A stretch of 64,000 nucleotides of DNA from Candidatus Pelagibacter sp. (lineage in GTDB: Bacteria; Pseudomonadota; Alphaproteobacteria; Pelagibacterales; Pelagibacteraceae), in the NCBI RefSeq assembly GCF_052049575.1, contig NZ_JBNGZQ010000001.1, positions 40,209-104,208 on the forward strand. Direction: 5' to 3'. Both the position numbers and the translations under genes were made by a program. The notes beneath the pieces are model-generated. The model worked only from the letters and a program-made list of their open reading frames with translations. It had not been told where the DNA came from and did not search any database. Below, in pieces: positions 40,753 through 49,164 of this stretch (the stretch's first letter is position 1; each line of letters opens with the position of its first letter).

Positions 40753-41568
40753 TTAATTTATTTTTTTACTTAAACTTTCTTCTTTAAGAACATCTCTAAA
40801 GTTTTTTCTACCTTTTTTTGATATGCCTAAGTATAATTCTTTCACTTTATCATTGTTTAATAAACTTTGCGCAGTCCCCTCGAGCATGACTTTTCCAGTT
40901 TCAATGATGTAACCATAATCAGAATTTTTTAATGCAATATTAGTATTCTGTTCAGCAAGCAAAATACTAACTCCTTCTTTTTGATTTAATTCTTTTACAA
41001 TATTAAAAATTTCAGCAACTAATTGAGGTGCCAAACCCATTGTTGGCTCGTCTAGTAATAACATTTTAGGTTTTGCCATCATTGCTCTTGCAACTGCAAT
41101 CATTTGTTGTTCTCCGCCTGATGTAAATGCTGCTTGACTTTTTCTTCTTTCTTTAAGTCTTAAAAAATAAGTATAAATTTTCTCTAATTCTTGATCAATA
41201 TCTCCTTTAGATAATTTTCTTGAATAAGCTCCAGAAATAATATTTTCCTCAACAGTTAAATGACCAAAGCATCTTCTGCCCTCTAATACTTGTACCATTC
41301 CAAGACCAACCATTTGAGATGGGTTTTGTTTTTCAATTGAATTTCCATCATAATCGATTGATCCTTTTGTAACTTTGCCTCTTTCGGAGGCTAACATAGT
41401 TGAGACAGCTTTTAATGTAGTACTTTTACCTGCTCCATTTGCTCCTAATAACGCAACTACTTTTCCTTTGGGAACTTTTAAAGAAACATCATGTAAAGCT
41501 AAAATAACGTTATCATACATTACCTCAATATTTTTTATATCAAGAATGTTTACAGAATTATTACTCAT
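40753..41568 (-). CDS. Liv-type ABC transporter ATP-binding protein, LivF-like
   Basis: GANGAGKSTTL, EGRR.F..LTVEEN, SGGEQQM, LLDEPTMGLAP, LLAEQN. Confidence 0.95.
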   Translation of the reverse strand: MSNNSVNILDIKNIEVMYDNVILALHDVSLKVPKGKVVALLGANGAGKSTTLKAVSTMLASERGKVTKGSIDYDGNSIEKQNPSQMVGLGMVQVLEGRRCFGHLTVEENIISGAYSRKLSKGDIDQELEKIYTYFLRLKERRKSQAAFTSGGEQQMIAVARAMMAKPKMLLLDEPTMGLAPQLVAEIFNIVKELNQKEGVSILLAEQNTNIALKNSDYGYIIETGKVMLEGTAQSLLNNDKVKELYLGISKKGRKNFRDVLKEESLSKKIN

Positions 41569-41596
41569 TAATTTTTTTACTTTAAATTTTATTTAA

Positions 41597-41631
41597 AGGG
41601 GGAGTTTAAATTGATTATCTAAACTCCCCCT
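41597..41631 (-). terminator. Stem-loop between the solute-binding-protein gene and the downstream ABC genes (terminator or mRNA-stabilising hairpin)
   Basis: AGGGGGAGTTTA (41597-41608) is the exact reverse complement of TAAACTCCCCCT (41620-41631): 12-bp stem, 11-nt loop, 30 nt after the SBP stop. Confidence 0.75.
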
Positions 41632-41661
41632 CCAACAGATATTAATTTATCTCTAAATTAA

Positions 41662-43002
41662 TTATCCACATTTTTTCGGTGTAATGTTGTTTTCTTTAGC
41701 AAATTTTGCTGCAGAGTCTTCAACTAAACCTCTAATAAATTTAGGGTCTAATGGAGCTTCCCAACCAGTTACCTGATTGAATTTTTTTCCATCCCACTGC
41801 ATTACAGCAAATTTACCGGCACCTTCATGGTTTGCACATGAAATAGCAAATGGAGCTAACATTCCTCCAACTCCAAGCTCAGTAAGTCTAGCTTCAGTCA
41901 TGTTTAAAGCCTCATAACCATCTCTAAACTCAGCACCAGTTACTGCTTTACCAACTTTGTTATGCATCTTTTGAGCATTTTTCAAAGCCTCAATCCACAT
42001 AACTGCAGCACCCAGTCCTCTATTCCAGTATACTGAACCAATTCTATTTGGATCAGCTAAATTTCCTTTTCCAGAACCATATACTTTGTCTTTGATGTCT
42101 TTAACTAATGGATATTCTCCTGGTAAAGCGTTAGCAACAGCATAAGTTCCTATCGCAGCATCACCTGCTGGATACATATCCTCCTCGGCAGCACCGAATG
42201 TTACGTACATCATTCTATCCCTTGGGAAATTAATTCTAGCAGCATTAGTCATTGCTGTTGAATTCATTCCAGAACCTGCTCCCCAGAAAGTAACCCAATC
42301 AGGATTTTCTCTTCTGATTTGCAGCCACTGAGATTGTTGCTCTAGACCTGGAGGCGGAATTGAAATTTCAACTAATTTCATTCCCCAGTCAGAAGTTATT
42401 TTTCTCATTGCCGGTAATGGCTCTCTTCCGTAAGCAGAGTCAATGTGTAAGTGAACGATCTTTTTACCTTTCATCTTATCAATTCCGCCTTCGATCTCAG
42501 CCATAAATTTTAATTTAACAGCTATTTGTGACCAGTAGTGACTTGCAGCATTAAATACCCAAGGCCATACTCTTCCATCAGCACCGTCAGTTCTTCCATA
42601 ACCATATTGAGCTAAAACAACATTGTCTTTTGCCATACGGTTAATAACTGCATATGCTCCTGGTGTTCCTAAAGTATCAAACACGACTATTCTTTGACCA
42701 TCTTTTTCAAGTAGTCTCTGGTAACACTCAACTGTTTTCACAGCATTGTACTCAGTTTCACATTCTTGCCACGTAAGCATAACTCCATTCACTCCGCCTG
42801 TCATATTGACGTAATTCATGTAGTCAATCTGAGCCCCATAGTAACCAGTCCCCATTGCTGAATAAGGTCCAACACGGCTACTAGCTACAGGAAAGTATTG
42901 AGTTTCTGCTCCAAATACTTTTTGAGGTAAAGCGAGTGAAGAAAATAAAGCTACTACTACTGTTAAAGTAGATGCTAGCCTTTTTAACATTTTTGTTAAC
43001 AT
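41662..43002 (-). CDS. ABC transporter solute-binding protein, class I Liv-like fold, ligand unknown
   Basis: Signal peptide; R.GPYSA.G, GGVNGV.L...ECETEY....VECY.RL, YGRTD..DG.V.PW.F, LEQ.SQWLQIRR..PDWV; first gene of the ABC operon. Confidence 0.88.
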   Translation of the reverse strand: MLTKMLKRLASTLTVVVALFSSLALPQKVFGAETQYFPVASSRVGPYSAMGTGYYGAQIDYMNYVNMTGGVNGVMLTWQECETEYNAVKTVECYQRLLEKDGQRIVVFDTLGTPGAYAVINRMAKDNVVLAQYGYGRTDGADGRVWPWVFNAASHYWSQIAVKLKFMAEIEGGIDKMKGKKIVHLHIDSAYGREPLPAMRKITSDWGMKLVEISIPPPGLEQQSQWLQIRRENPDWVTFWGAGSGMNSTAMTNAARINFPRDRMMYVTFGAAEEDMYPAGDAAIGTYAVANALPGEYPLVKDIKDKVYGSGKGNLADPNRIGSVYWNRGLGAAVMWIEALKNAQKMHNKVGKAVTGAEFRDGYEALNMTEARLTELGVGGMLAPFAISCANHEGAGKFAVMQWDGKKFNQVTGWEAPLDPKFIRGLVEDSAAKFAKENNITPKKCG

Positions 43003-43468
43003 TTCTACCCCTCTTAATTAAAGTTTAAAAAAATAATTATAAACATATGCAGCAAGATTGTGCAAATTTTAATCATTCCAATTAGCATTAGATCTCTTTT
43101 GCACAAACTTATGATAGCTTTTTTACAACCCTTAGATGAAATAAAACTTCAGATTGAAAAAAAATTGATTTTCTTAATTTTTGCTGTTTTGCATTAGGTA
43201 AAATTTCTATATTTGTTTGTCTTAGTGTTGATTTGGTAATTTAATTTAATTTCACCTACTCTCTGGCATAAAATAACTTAACATAACTCATCAAATATTG
43301 TTTAAACTTTAATTATTCAGCAAATCCTTAACAATTATTATTTTTGCAAAGATTTTTTATGAATTAATTTTTTAAAAAGTCTTACCCATTTCAAAAATAA
43401 TTCGTTGCTTGAGATCCTAAAATAATGTTAGATGCGATTAATAAATATATAAATATACAGGAGATTAA

Positions 43469-44668
43469 ATGAAGATACTATGCGTATTATATGATGATCC
43501 AAAAGGTGGAATGCCAAAATCATATGCACTTTCAGAATTACCTAAGATAGAAAAATATCCAGATGGGATGACTTTGCCATCACCTAAAGGAAGAGACTAC
43601 ACTCCAGGACAATTACTAGGATGTGTATCTGGTGAACTTGGATTAAGAAAATTTTTAGAAAGTAATGGTCATGAGTTAGTTGTGACTAATAGTAAAGATG
43701 GGGATGGATGTGAAGCTGACAAACATATTGTTGATGCAGACATTGTAATTTCACAACCGTTCTTTCCATATTATTTAACTAAAGAGAGAATTGCCAAAGC
43801 TAAAAATTTAAAAATGGCAATTACAGCAGGTATTGGTTCAGACCATGTTGATTTACAAGCTGCAATGGATAACAAGATTGATGTTGTAGAAGTTACTTAT
43901 TGTAATTCAAGATCTGTAGCAGAACACATTGTAATGATGATTGTTTCAATGGTAAGAGATTACCACAATCAACATAGAATTGTTAATGAAGGTGGCTGGA
44001 ATATTGCTGATGCTGTTCAAAGATCATATGATGTTGAAGGTATGCATATTGGAACAGTCGCTGCAGGACGTATTGGTTTGGATGCATTAAGAAAAATGAA
44101 ACCATTTGATGTTCATTTACACTATTTTGATAGACATAAATTACCTGACTCTGTTGAAAAAGAATTAAACCTTACATTTCATGAGTCTGTGGAGTCGATG
44201 GTAAAAGTTTGTGATGTGGTGACAATTAATTGTCCTCTACACCCTGAAACTGAGAACTTATTTGATGAAGCAATGATAAGTAAGATGAAAAAAGGCGCTT
44301 ATATTGTAAACACTGCTAGAGGAAAAATCTGTAATCGAGATGCTATTGCAAAAGCATTAAAGAGTGGTCAATTAAGTGGTTATGCTGGAGACGTATGGTT
44401 TCCTCAACCAGCACCAAATGATCATGTATGGAGAAGTATGCCGCATCATGGTATGACGCCTCATACTTCTGGAACATCTTTAACTGCACAATCAAGATAT
44501 GCTGATGGTGTAAGAGAAATATTAGAGTGTTTCTTTGAAGGTAAAGAAATAAGAAACCAGTATTTAATTGTTAAAGATGGTCAGCTAGCTGGTATGGGTG
44601 CTCACTCATATAGTAAAGGTTCAGCTACTGGTGGATCTGAAGAAGCAGCAAAATACAAAAAAAAATAA
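43469..44668 (+). CDS. fdh: NAD-dependent (metal-independent) formate dehydrogenase
   Basis: KILCVLYDDP, LLGCVSGELGLRKFLE, GIGSDHVDL, VTYCNS.SVAEH, AAGRIG, YFDRH, VNTARG, GDVWFPQP, MTPH.SG; AGGAG ribosome-binding site before the ATG. Confidence 0.95.
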   Translation: MKILCVLYDDPKGGMPKSYALSELPKIEKYPDGMTLPSPKGRDYTPGQLLGCVSGELGLRKFLESNGHELVVTNSKDGDGCEADKHIVDADIVISQPFFPYYLTKERIAKAKNLKMAITAGIGSDHVDLQAAMDNKIDVVEVTYCNSRSVAEHIVMMIVSMVRDYHNQHRIVNEGGWNIADAVQRSYDVEGMHIGTVAAGRIGLDALRKMKPFDVHLHYFDRHKLPDSVEKELNLTFHESVESMVKVCDVVTINCPLHPETENLFDEAMISKMKKGAYIVNTARGKICNRDAIAKALKSGQLSGYAGDVWFPQPAPNDHVWRSMPHHGMTPHTSGTSLTAQSRYADGVREILECFFEGKEIRNQYLIVKDGQLAGMGAHSYSKGSATGGSEEAAKYKKK

Positions 44669-44683
44669 TTCTCAATTAAATTG

Positions 44684-44717
44684 TTAAAGGTGGCTACTGA
44701 AAAGTAGCTACCTTTAA
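44684..44717 (+). terminator. Intrinsic terminator-like hairpin after fdh
   Basis: TTAAAGGTGGCTACT-GAAA-AGTAGCTACCTTTAA: 15-bp stem with one G-U pair and a GNRA loop, 15 nt after the stop. Confidence 0.85.
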
Positions 44718-44756
44718 AATCTGGACTTATCATAACGAATTTGTTTATGATATTTA

Positions 44757-45332
44757 ATGAAATATTTTTTCATAATTTTCTTATTTTTAATTAATATAAA
44801 TTTTTCATATTCTGCTCAAAAAGATAAGGCATATTTTGCTGGGGGATGTTTTTGGTGTGTTGAGGAGTCATTTGAAAAATTAAAAGGTGTAGAAGAGGTA
44901 ATTTCTGGTTATTCTGGGGGTATTACTGAAAACCCTACTTACAAAGAAGTTACGTATGGAAATACTGGTCATTTTGAAGTTGTAGAAATAATCTATGATA
45001 AAAAAGTTATTTCATTTAAAGAATTATTAGAAAATTTTTGGGTTAATATTGATCCATTTGATGCTTATGGTCAATTTTGTGATAAAGGATATAGTTATAG
45101 ATCAGTTGCATTTTATCAGAGCGATGAGGAGAAAAGATTAATAGAAAAAGATATCAAAAAATTAGAAAATAAATTCAATAAAAAAGTTGTGACTTACATT
45201 AGAAGCTTTAAAAAATTTTACAAAGCTGAGGAATATCATCAAGATTTTTATAAAATTAAGTTTGAGCGATATCTTAGATATAAAAAAGCTTGTGGAAGAG
45301 AAGAATTGCTTAAAAGAATCTGGAGTCAGTAA
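44757..45332 (+). CDS. msrA: Peptide-methionine (S)-S-oxide reductase with N-terminal signal peptide
   Basis: FAGGCFWCVE, SGYSGG...NPTY.EV, GH.EVV, GQFCDKG.SYRS, AEEYHQDFY. Confidence 0.95.
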   Translation: MKYFFIIFLFLININFSYSAQKDKAYFAGGCFWCVEESFEKLKGVEEVISGYSGGITENPTYKEVTYGNTGHFEVVEIIYDKKVISFKELLENFWVNIDPFDAYGQFCDKGYSYRSVAFYQSDEEKRLIEKDIKKLENKFNKKVVTYIRSFKKFYKAEEYHQDFYKIKFERYLRYKKACGREELLKRIWSQ

Positions 45333-45338
45333 ATTTTT

Positions 45339-46793
45339 ATGAAGAATATTATGAATTGGAATTTCGATAACTCTTATTCAAGACTGTCTAATGCTTTTAA
45401 AGAACATATTGAACCTATTGCTGTTAAAAATCCAGAATTAGTTTTGATAAATGAAGATTTAGCTAAAGAATTAGACCTGGACTTTTCCAAAATTGATAAA
45501 AAAGAATTAGCAGCTTTATTCACTGGGAATATTCTTCCAAAAGGAAGTAATGCCATTGCGCAGGCTTATGCTGGTCACCAGTTTGGGCATTTCACAATGT
45601 TAGGAGATGGAAGAGCAGTTTTAATAGGGGAACATTTAACAAGAAATAATAAAAGATACGATATCCAATTTAAGGGTTCTGGAAAAACTGCATTTTCAAG
45701 AGATGGTGATGGTAGAGCTGCATTGGGTCCGATGTTAAGGGAGTATATAATTAGCGAAGCTATGCATAAGCTTGGTATTCCTTCAACAAGAAGTTTAGCC
45801 GTAGCAAAAACAGGTGAAAACGTAATACGAGATACTCCATTACAAGGTGCTGTTTTAACTAGAATTGCTTTAAGCCATATTCGAGTTGGGACTTTTCAAT
45901 ATATTGCAGCAAGAGAAAAAAAAGATGAGTTAGAAACTTTATTTAATTATGTAATTCATCGACATTACCCAGAGTTAGAGAATTCAAAAAATAAAGCACT
46001 AGATCTTTTAACTGTTCTTATAGATAAACAAATTGATCTTGTCATTAACTGGATGCGTGTTGGTTTTATTCATGGTGTTATGAATACTGACAACATGGCT
46101 GTTTCTGGTGAAACAATAGATTATGGACCTTGCGCATTTATGGATACATATGATCCAAAGACTGTTTTTAGTTCAATAGATCGATTTGGAAGATATGCTT
46201 ATTGTAATCAGCCTAATATAACAAAATGGAACTTAGCTAGATTTGCAGAGTGTTTAATACCTCTTATTGATCAAGATGAGAGTAAAGCAATTAAAATAGC
46301 TACAGAAACTATTAATTCTTTTGGAAAAAAATATGAAAAAAAATGGTTAGATATGATGCGAAATAAATTAGGTTTACTTGGTAAAGAAGAAAAGGATAAA
46401 TCTCTTATTCTGGATTTATTAACGTGGATGCATGAAAAAAAAGCAGACTATACAAATACTTTCTGTCATTTAATGGGAATTGAGCCAGAAAAAAACAGGA
46501 TATACGAGGATATGGAATTTTTAAATTGGAAGCTTAGATGGAAAGAAAGATTAAAAACTTTTAACAATTCACCAAAAAAATATGAAAAATTAATGAGTAG
46601 TTTTAATCCACTTGTAATACCTAGAAACCATAAAGTCGAAGAAGTATTAAATGAGGCAAATAAAGGTAATCTTGAGCCATTAAGTTCATTTTTAGAAGTT
46701 TTAAGTGATCCATACAACAGGAAGAAAAATATTTCCAAATATCAAATTGTAACAGGTGTTGAAAAAGGATATCAAACTTTTTGTGGAACTTAA
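45339..46793 (+). CDS. selO: Protein adenylyltransferase SelO (YdiU)
   Basis: AQAYAGHQFG, LGDGRA, KGSG.T.FSR.GDGRA.LGPMLREY, GFIHGVMNTDN, IDYGPCAF, C-terminal TFCGT. Confidence 0.95.
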   Translation: MKNIMNWNFDNSYSRLSNAFKEHIEPIAVKNPELVLINEDLAKELDLDFSKIDKKELAALFTGNILPKGSNAIAQAYAGHQFGHFTMLGDGRAVLIGEHLTRNNKRYDIQFKGSGKTAFSRDGDGRAALGPMLREYIISEAMHKLGIPSTRSLAVAKTGENVIRDTPLQGAVLTRIALSHIRVGTFQYIAAREKKDELETLFNYVIHRHYPELENSKNKALDLLTVLIDKQIDLVINWMRVGFIHGVMNTDNMAVSGETIDYGPCAFMDTYDPKTVFSSIDRFGRYAYCNQPNITKWNLARFAECLIPLIDQDESKAIKIATETINSFGKKYEKKWLDMMRNKLGLLGKEEKDKSLILDLLTWMHEKKADYTNTFCHLMGIEPEKNRIYEDMEFLNWKLRWKERLKTFNNSPKKYEKLMSSFNPLVIPRNHKVEEVLNEANKGNLEPLSSFLEVLSDPYNRKKNISKYQIVTGVEKGYQTFCGT

Positions 46794-46809
46794 ATTTGAG
46801 ATAAATTAA

Positions 46810-47526
46810 ATGCGAAAAGAGTATAAGATTATAATTTCATCTTCATCCCAAAATTTTTTTTTGAGTTTCTACTTACTTTTAAAATATTTCATTAGTAAGA
46901 AGTTAAACAGAAAAAAAATTAAAAAAGGAAAGCTTTCAAAAGAATATAAAGAATTTATCCAAAAAAATTTACAAATTGGTGAAGATTGGTTTACACATAA
47001 TATAAATAATTTGGATTTGATCTTTAAAAAAAAACAACTTTATAACAAAGAATTATCAGTGCTAGAAATTGGAAGTTATGAGGGGAATTCGTCAGTATTT
47101 TTTTTAAAATATTTTCCAAAAATTAAATTAACATGTGTCGATACTTTTGAGGGATCAATTGAGCAAGATAATCAAAATTTTGATAAAGTATTTGAAAATT
47201 TTAAATTTAATACTAAAAATTACAAAGATCGGGTTGAAGTTTTTAGATTAAAATCTAAAGAATTTTTTAAAGATACCAATAATTCTAATTTTGACTTAAT
47301 TTATATAGATGGCTCACATTACGCTAAAGATGTTTTTGAAGATGCAACAAATTCCTTCAAAGTTCTTAATAAAAATGGTTATATTATTTTGGATGATTTT
47401 CTGTGGGATTTTTATGAAAATATAAATGATAATCCAATAGGTGGGATTAAACTATTTATTAAAAAAAACTTTTTTAAGTTAAAAATAATCTCAATTGGAT
47501 ACCAGATTATTATTCAGAAAATATAA
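46810..47526 (+). CDS. Class I SAM-dependent methyltransferase (Methyltransf_24-like)
   Basis: VLEIGSYEG.S, LTCVDTF.GS, FDLIYIDGSH, G.IILDDF.W. Confidence 0.82.
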   Translation: MRKEYKIIISSSSQNFFLSFYLLLKYFISKKLNRKKIKKGKLSKEYKEFIQKNLQIGEDWFTHNINNLDLIFKKKQLYNKELSVLEIGSYEGNSSVFFLKYFPKIKLTCVDTFEGSIEQDNQNFDKVFENFKFNTKNYKDRVEVFRLKSKEFFKDTNNSNFDLIYIDGSHYAKDVFEDATNSFKVLNKNGYIILDDFLWDFYENINDNPIGGIKLFIKKNFFKLKIISIGYQIIIQKI

Positions 47527-47568
47527 TTAAAAAAAATTAATTAGAAAATTTTTTGCATTAAGAGTTTT

Positions 47569-48672
47569 TTATAACACGTAAGGCTCTGGTCTTGCTTTTG
47601 CACCTAATACTCTTTCTACTGCCATATTTGAAATATCAATCGATTGATAAGAGCCTGTTGTAATTAGCTCTGTTAAAGCTCTTCCAATTCCTGGTGCTTG
47701 CATTAATCCTCTTCCAGTAAAACCAGTTGCTAAGTATACGTTTTCAAATTTTGGATGTTTTCCTACTACAGCATTATTATCTAATCTATTACAATCATAA
47801 TAACCTGCCCAACCACCAGTTAATTTCAATTCTTCAAATGCTGGGATTCTTTTAGCTAAAGCAGGCCAAACTAATTCCTCAAAATCGTCCCAGGCTGGTT
47901 CGAGATCTGTAGCATCAAAAACTGATTTTGGTGAACCAGCTAAATACTCTTTACCTTCAGGTCTCCAATAAACTCCTGTTGTTAAATCTCCTGTTAATGG
48001 CATTTCAGGAATGTGTTTTGGACACTTAACTCTAAAAACTGTATGCTTTTGAGGCTCTACTGGAATATCCTCCAATAATTCCTTTGTCCAACATCCAGCA
48101 GCAGATACTATTGTTTTAGCATTTATTTCCGATAAAGATTTAACTTCTCCTTTGATAAATTCTGCTCCTTGCTCTATAGCTTTACTTTTTAATGCTGTAT
48201 GAAAAAGAAAAGGATCTATCCATCCTTCACTTTTATTATCAGTAAATGTTGCGGTTTCTATTCCTTCTTTATTTATATAAGGAAAAAACTTATCTAACTC
48301 AGAACCTTTGATATTCTTTGTTCCAGCGTCACATGCTTTATGATTTTCGAGAGCCCTATATTGTTCCTCTGCATGTTCTGGGCCAAACATTAATAGATAT
48401 CCATTTGGTACCATGCTTGCAGTAGGATTAGGATTTTTTTCCGTTTTGAGCAACTCTGGTATTTGAAAAATAAATTCTCTTGCAAATTTACCAAGTAAAA
48501 TATTTTCCGTTTGAAAAAATTGTCTTCTAAAACCGCCAAGAGATAACGGAAAGGAAGCTGATTTATAGGTTGGGTCTCTCTCAATTACTTTAACTTTTCT
48601 TCCCTCTTTAGATAGGAAATAAGCAGTTGCTGCACCAATTATTCCCCCACCAACTATAACAACATCATCCAT
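47569..48672 (-). CDS. FAD-dependent oxidoreductase, DAO / sarcosine oxidase beta / FOXRED1-like
   Basis: DVVIVGGGIIG, IERDPTY..AS..LS.GG.R.QF...ENI, EGWIDP, WAGYYDCN..DNNAVVG.HP, TGFTGRGLMQAPGIGR. Confidence 0.88.
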   Translation of the reverse strand: MDDVVIVGGGIIGAATAYFLSKEGRKVKVIERDPTYKSASFPLSLGGFRRQFFQTENILLGKFAREFIFQIPELLKTEKNPNPTASMVPNGYLLMFGPEHAEEQYRALENHKACDAGTKNIKGSELDKFFPYINKEGIETATFTDNKSEGWIDPFLFHTALKSKAIEQGAEFIKGEVKSLSEINAKTIVSAAGCWTKELLEDIPVEPQKHTVFRVKCPKHIPEMPLTGDLTTGVYWRPEGKEYLAGSPKSVFDATDLEPAWDDFEELVWPALAKRIPAFEELKLTGGWAGYYDCNRLDNNAVVGKHPKFENVYLATGFTGRGLMQAPGIGRALTELITTGSYQSIDISNMAVERVLGAKARPEPYVL

Positions 48673-49140
48673 TTAATTTAGCACCATTAAGTTATAGTTA
48701 AGAAATAAAGCATAGAAACACCAAAGTAAATATGGAATCATTAAGTAATAACTTACAAAATTGACACGTTTAAATCTAATAATTAGAATAATTATCAAAG
48801 TTATCAAAATAACTAAAACGACTAATGCAAAAAATATTTGATGTAATCCAAAAAAAACAATACTCCAAGTTGCATTAAAAACTATATGTATAAAATAAAT
48901 ATAAATTGTATTTATATCTCTTTTTTTACTGTGCCAAAAGAACCAAATAGCTAATGTCATCATTATGTAAAGTGTCGTCCAAACTGGAGCAAATATCCAA
49001 TCTGGTGGATTATAATTTGATTTAATAAGCCCAGAGTACCAAGGCTCTTTGAGGCTTATAGAGACTAAACCACCGGTAAATGATGCAGAAAAAGTGACAA
49101 TTGAAAAAAGAATTAATGAATAAAATTTATTTTTTAGCAT
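48673..49140 (-). CDS. tspO: Tryptophan-rich sensory protein TspO/MBR
   Basis: WY..L.K..YNPPDWIFAPVWT.LY, N..WS..FFG, L..PYL.W...A..LN. Start placed at ATG 49140 (ORF track: 49155). Confidence 0.93.
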   Translation of the reverse strand: MLKNKFYSLILFSIVTFSASFTGGLVSISLKEPWYSGLIKSNYNPPDWIFAPVWTTLYIMMTLAIWFFWHSKKRDINTIYIYFIHIVFNATWSIVFFGLHQIFFALVVLVILITLIIILIIRFKRVNFVSYYLMIPYLLWCFYALFLNYNLMVLN

Positions 49141-49164
49141 ATTAGTATTATACATCTTTATAAT
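49141..49164. promoter_or_regulatory. Divergent promoter region tspO / SDR; candidate sigma70 -10 for a leaderless tspO mRNA
   Basis: Minus-strand TATAAT (49152-49147) lies at -12 to -7 from the ATG at 49140. The region is AT-rich, so chance matches are possible. Confidence 0.4.

Noticed and set aside
43109-43240. 43-codon stop-free minus-strand stretch in the SBP-fdh intergenic region
   Set aside because: It is bounded upstream by an in-frame TAA, has no ATG start and no recognisable motif, so it cannot be called a gene or pseudogene.
43264-43278. TGGCA as a sigma54 -24 element
   Set aside because: The required GC at -12 is missing.
33930-44717. Accessory stretch as a prophage or integrative element
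   Set aside because: No integrase, transposase, tRNA target, flanking direct repeats or phage genes were seen; gain or loss by homologous recombination is more likely.
45339-46793. Selenocysteine recoding in SelO or FDH
   Set aside because: SelO ends TFCGT-TAA, FDH is the metal-free type, and neither has an in-frame TGA.
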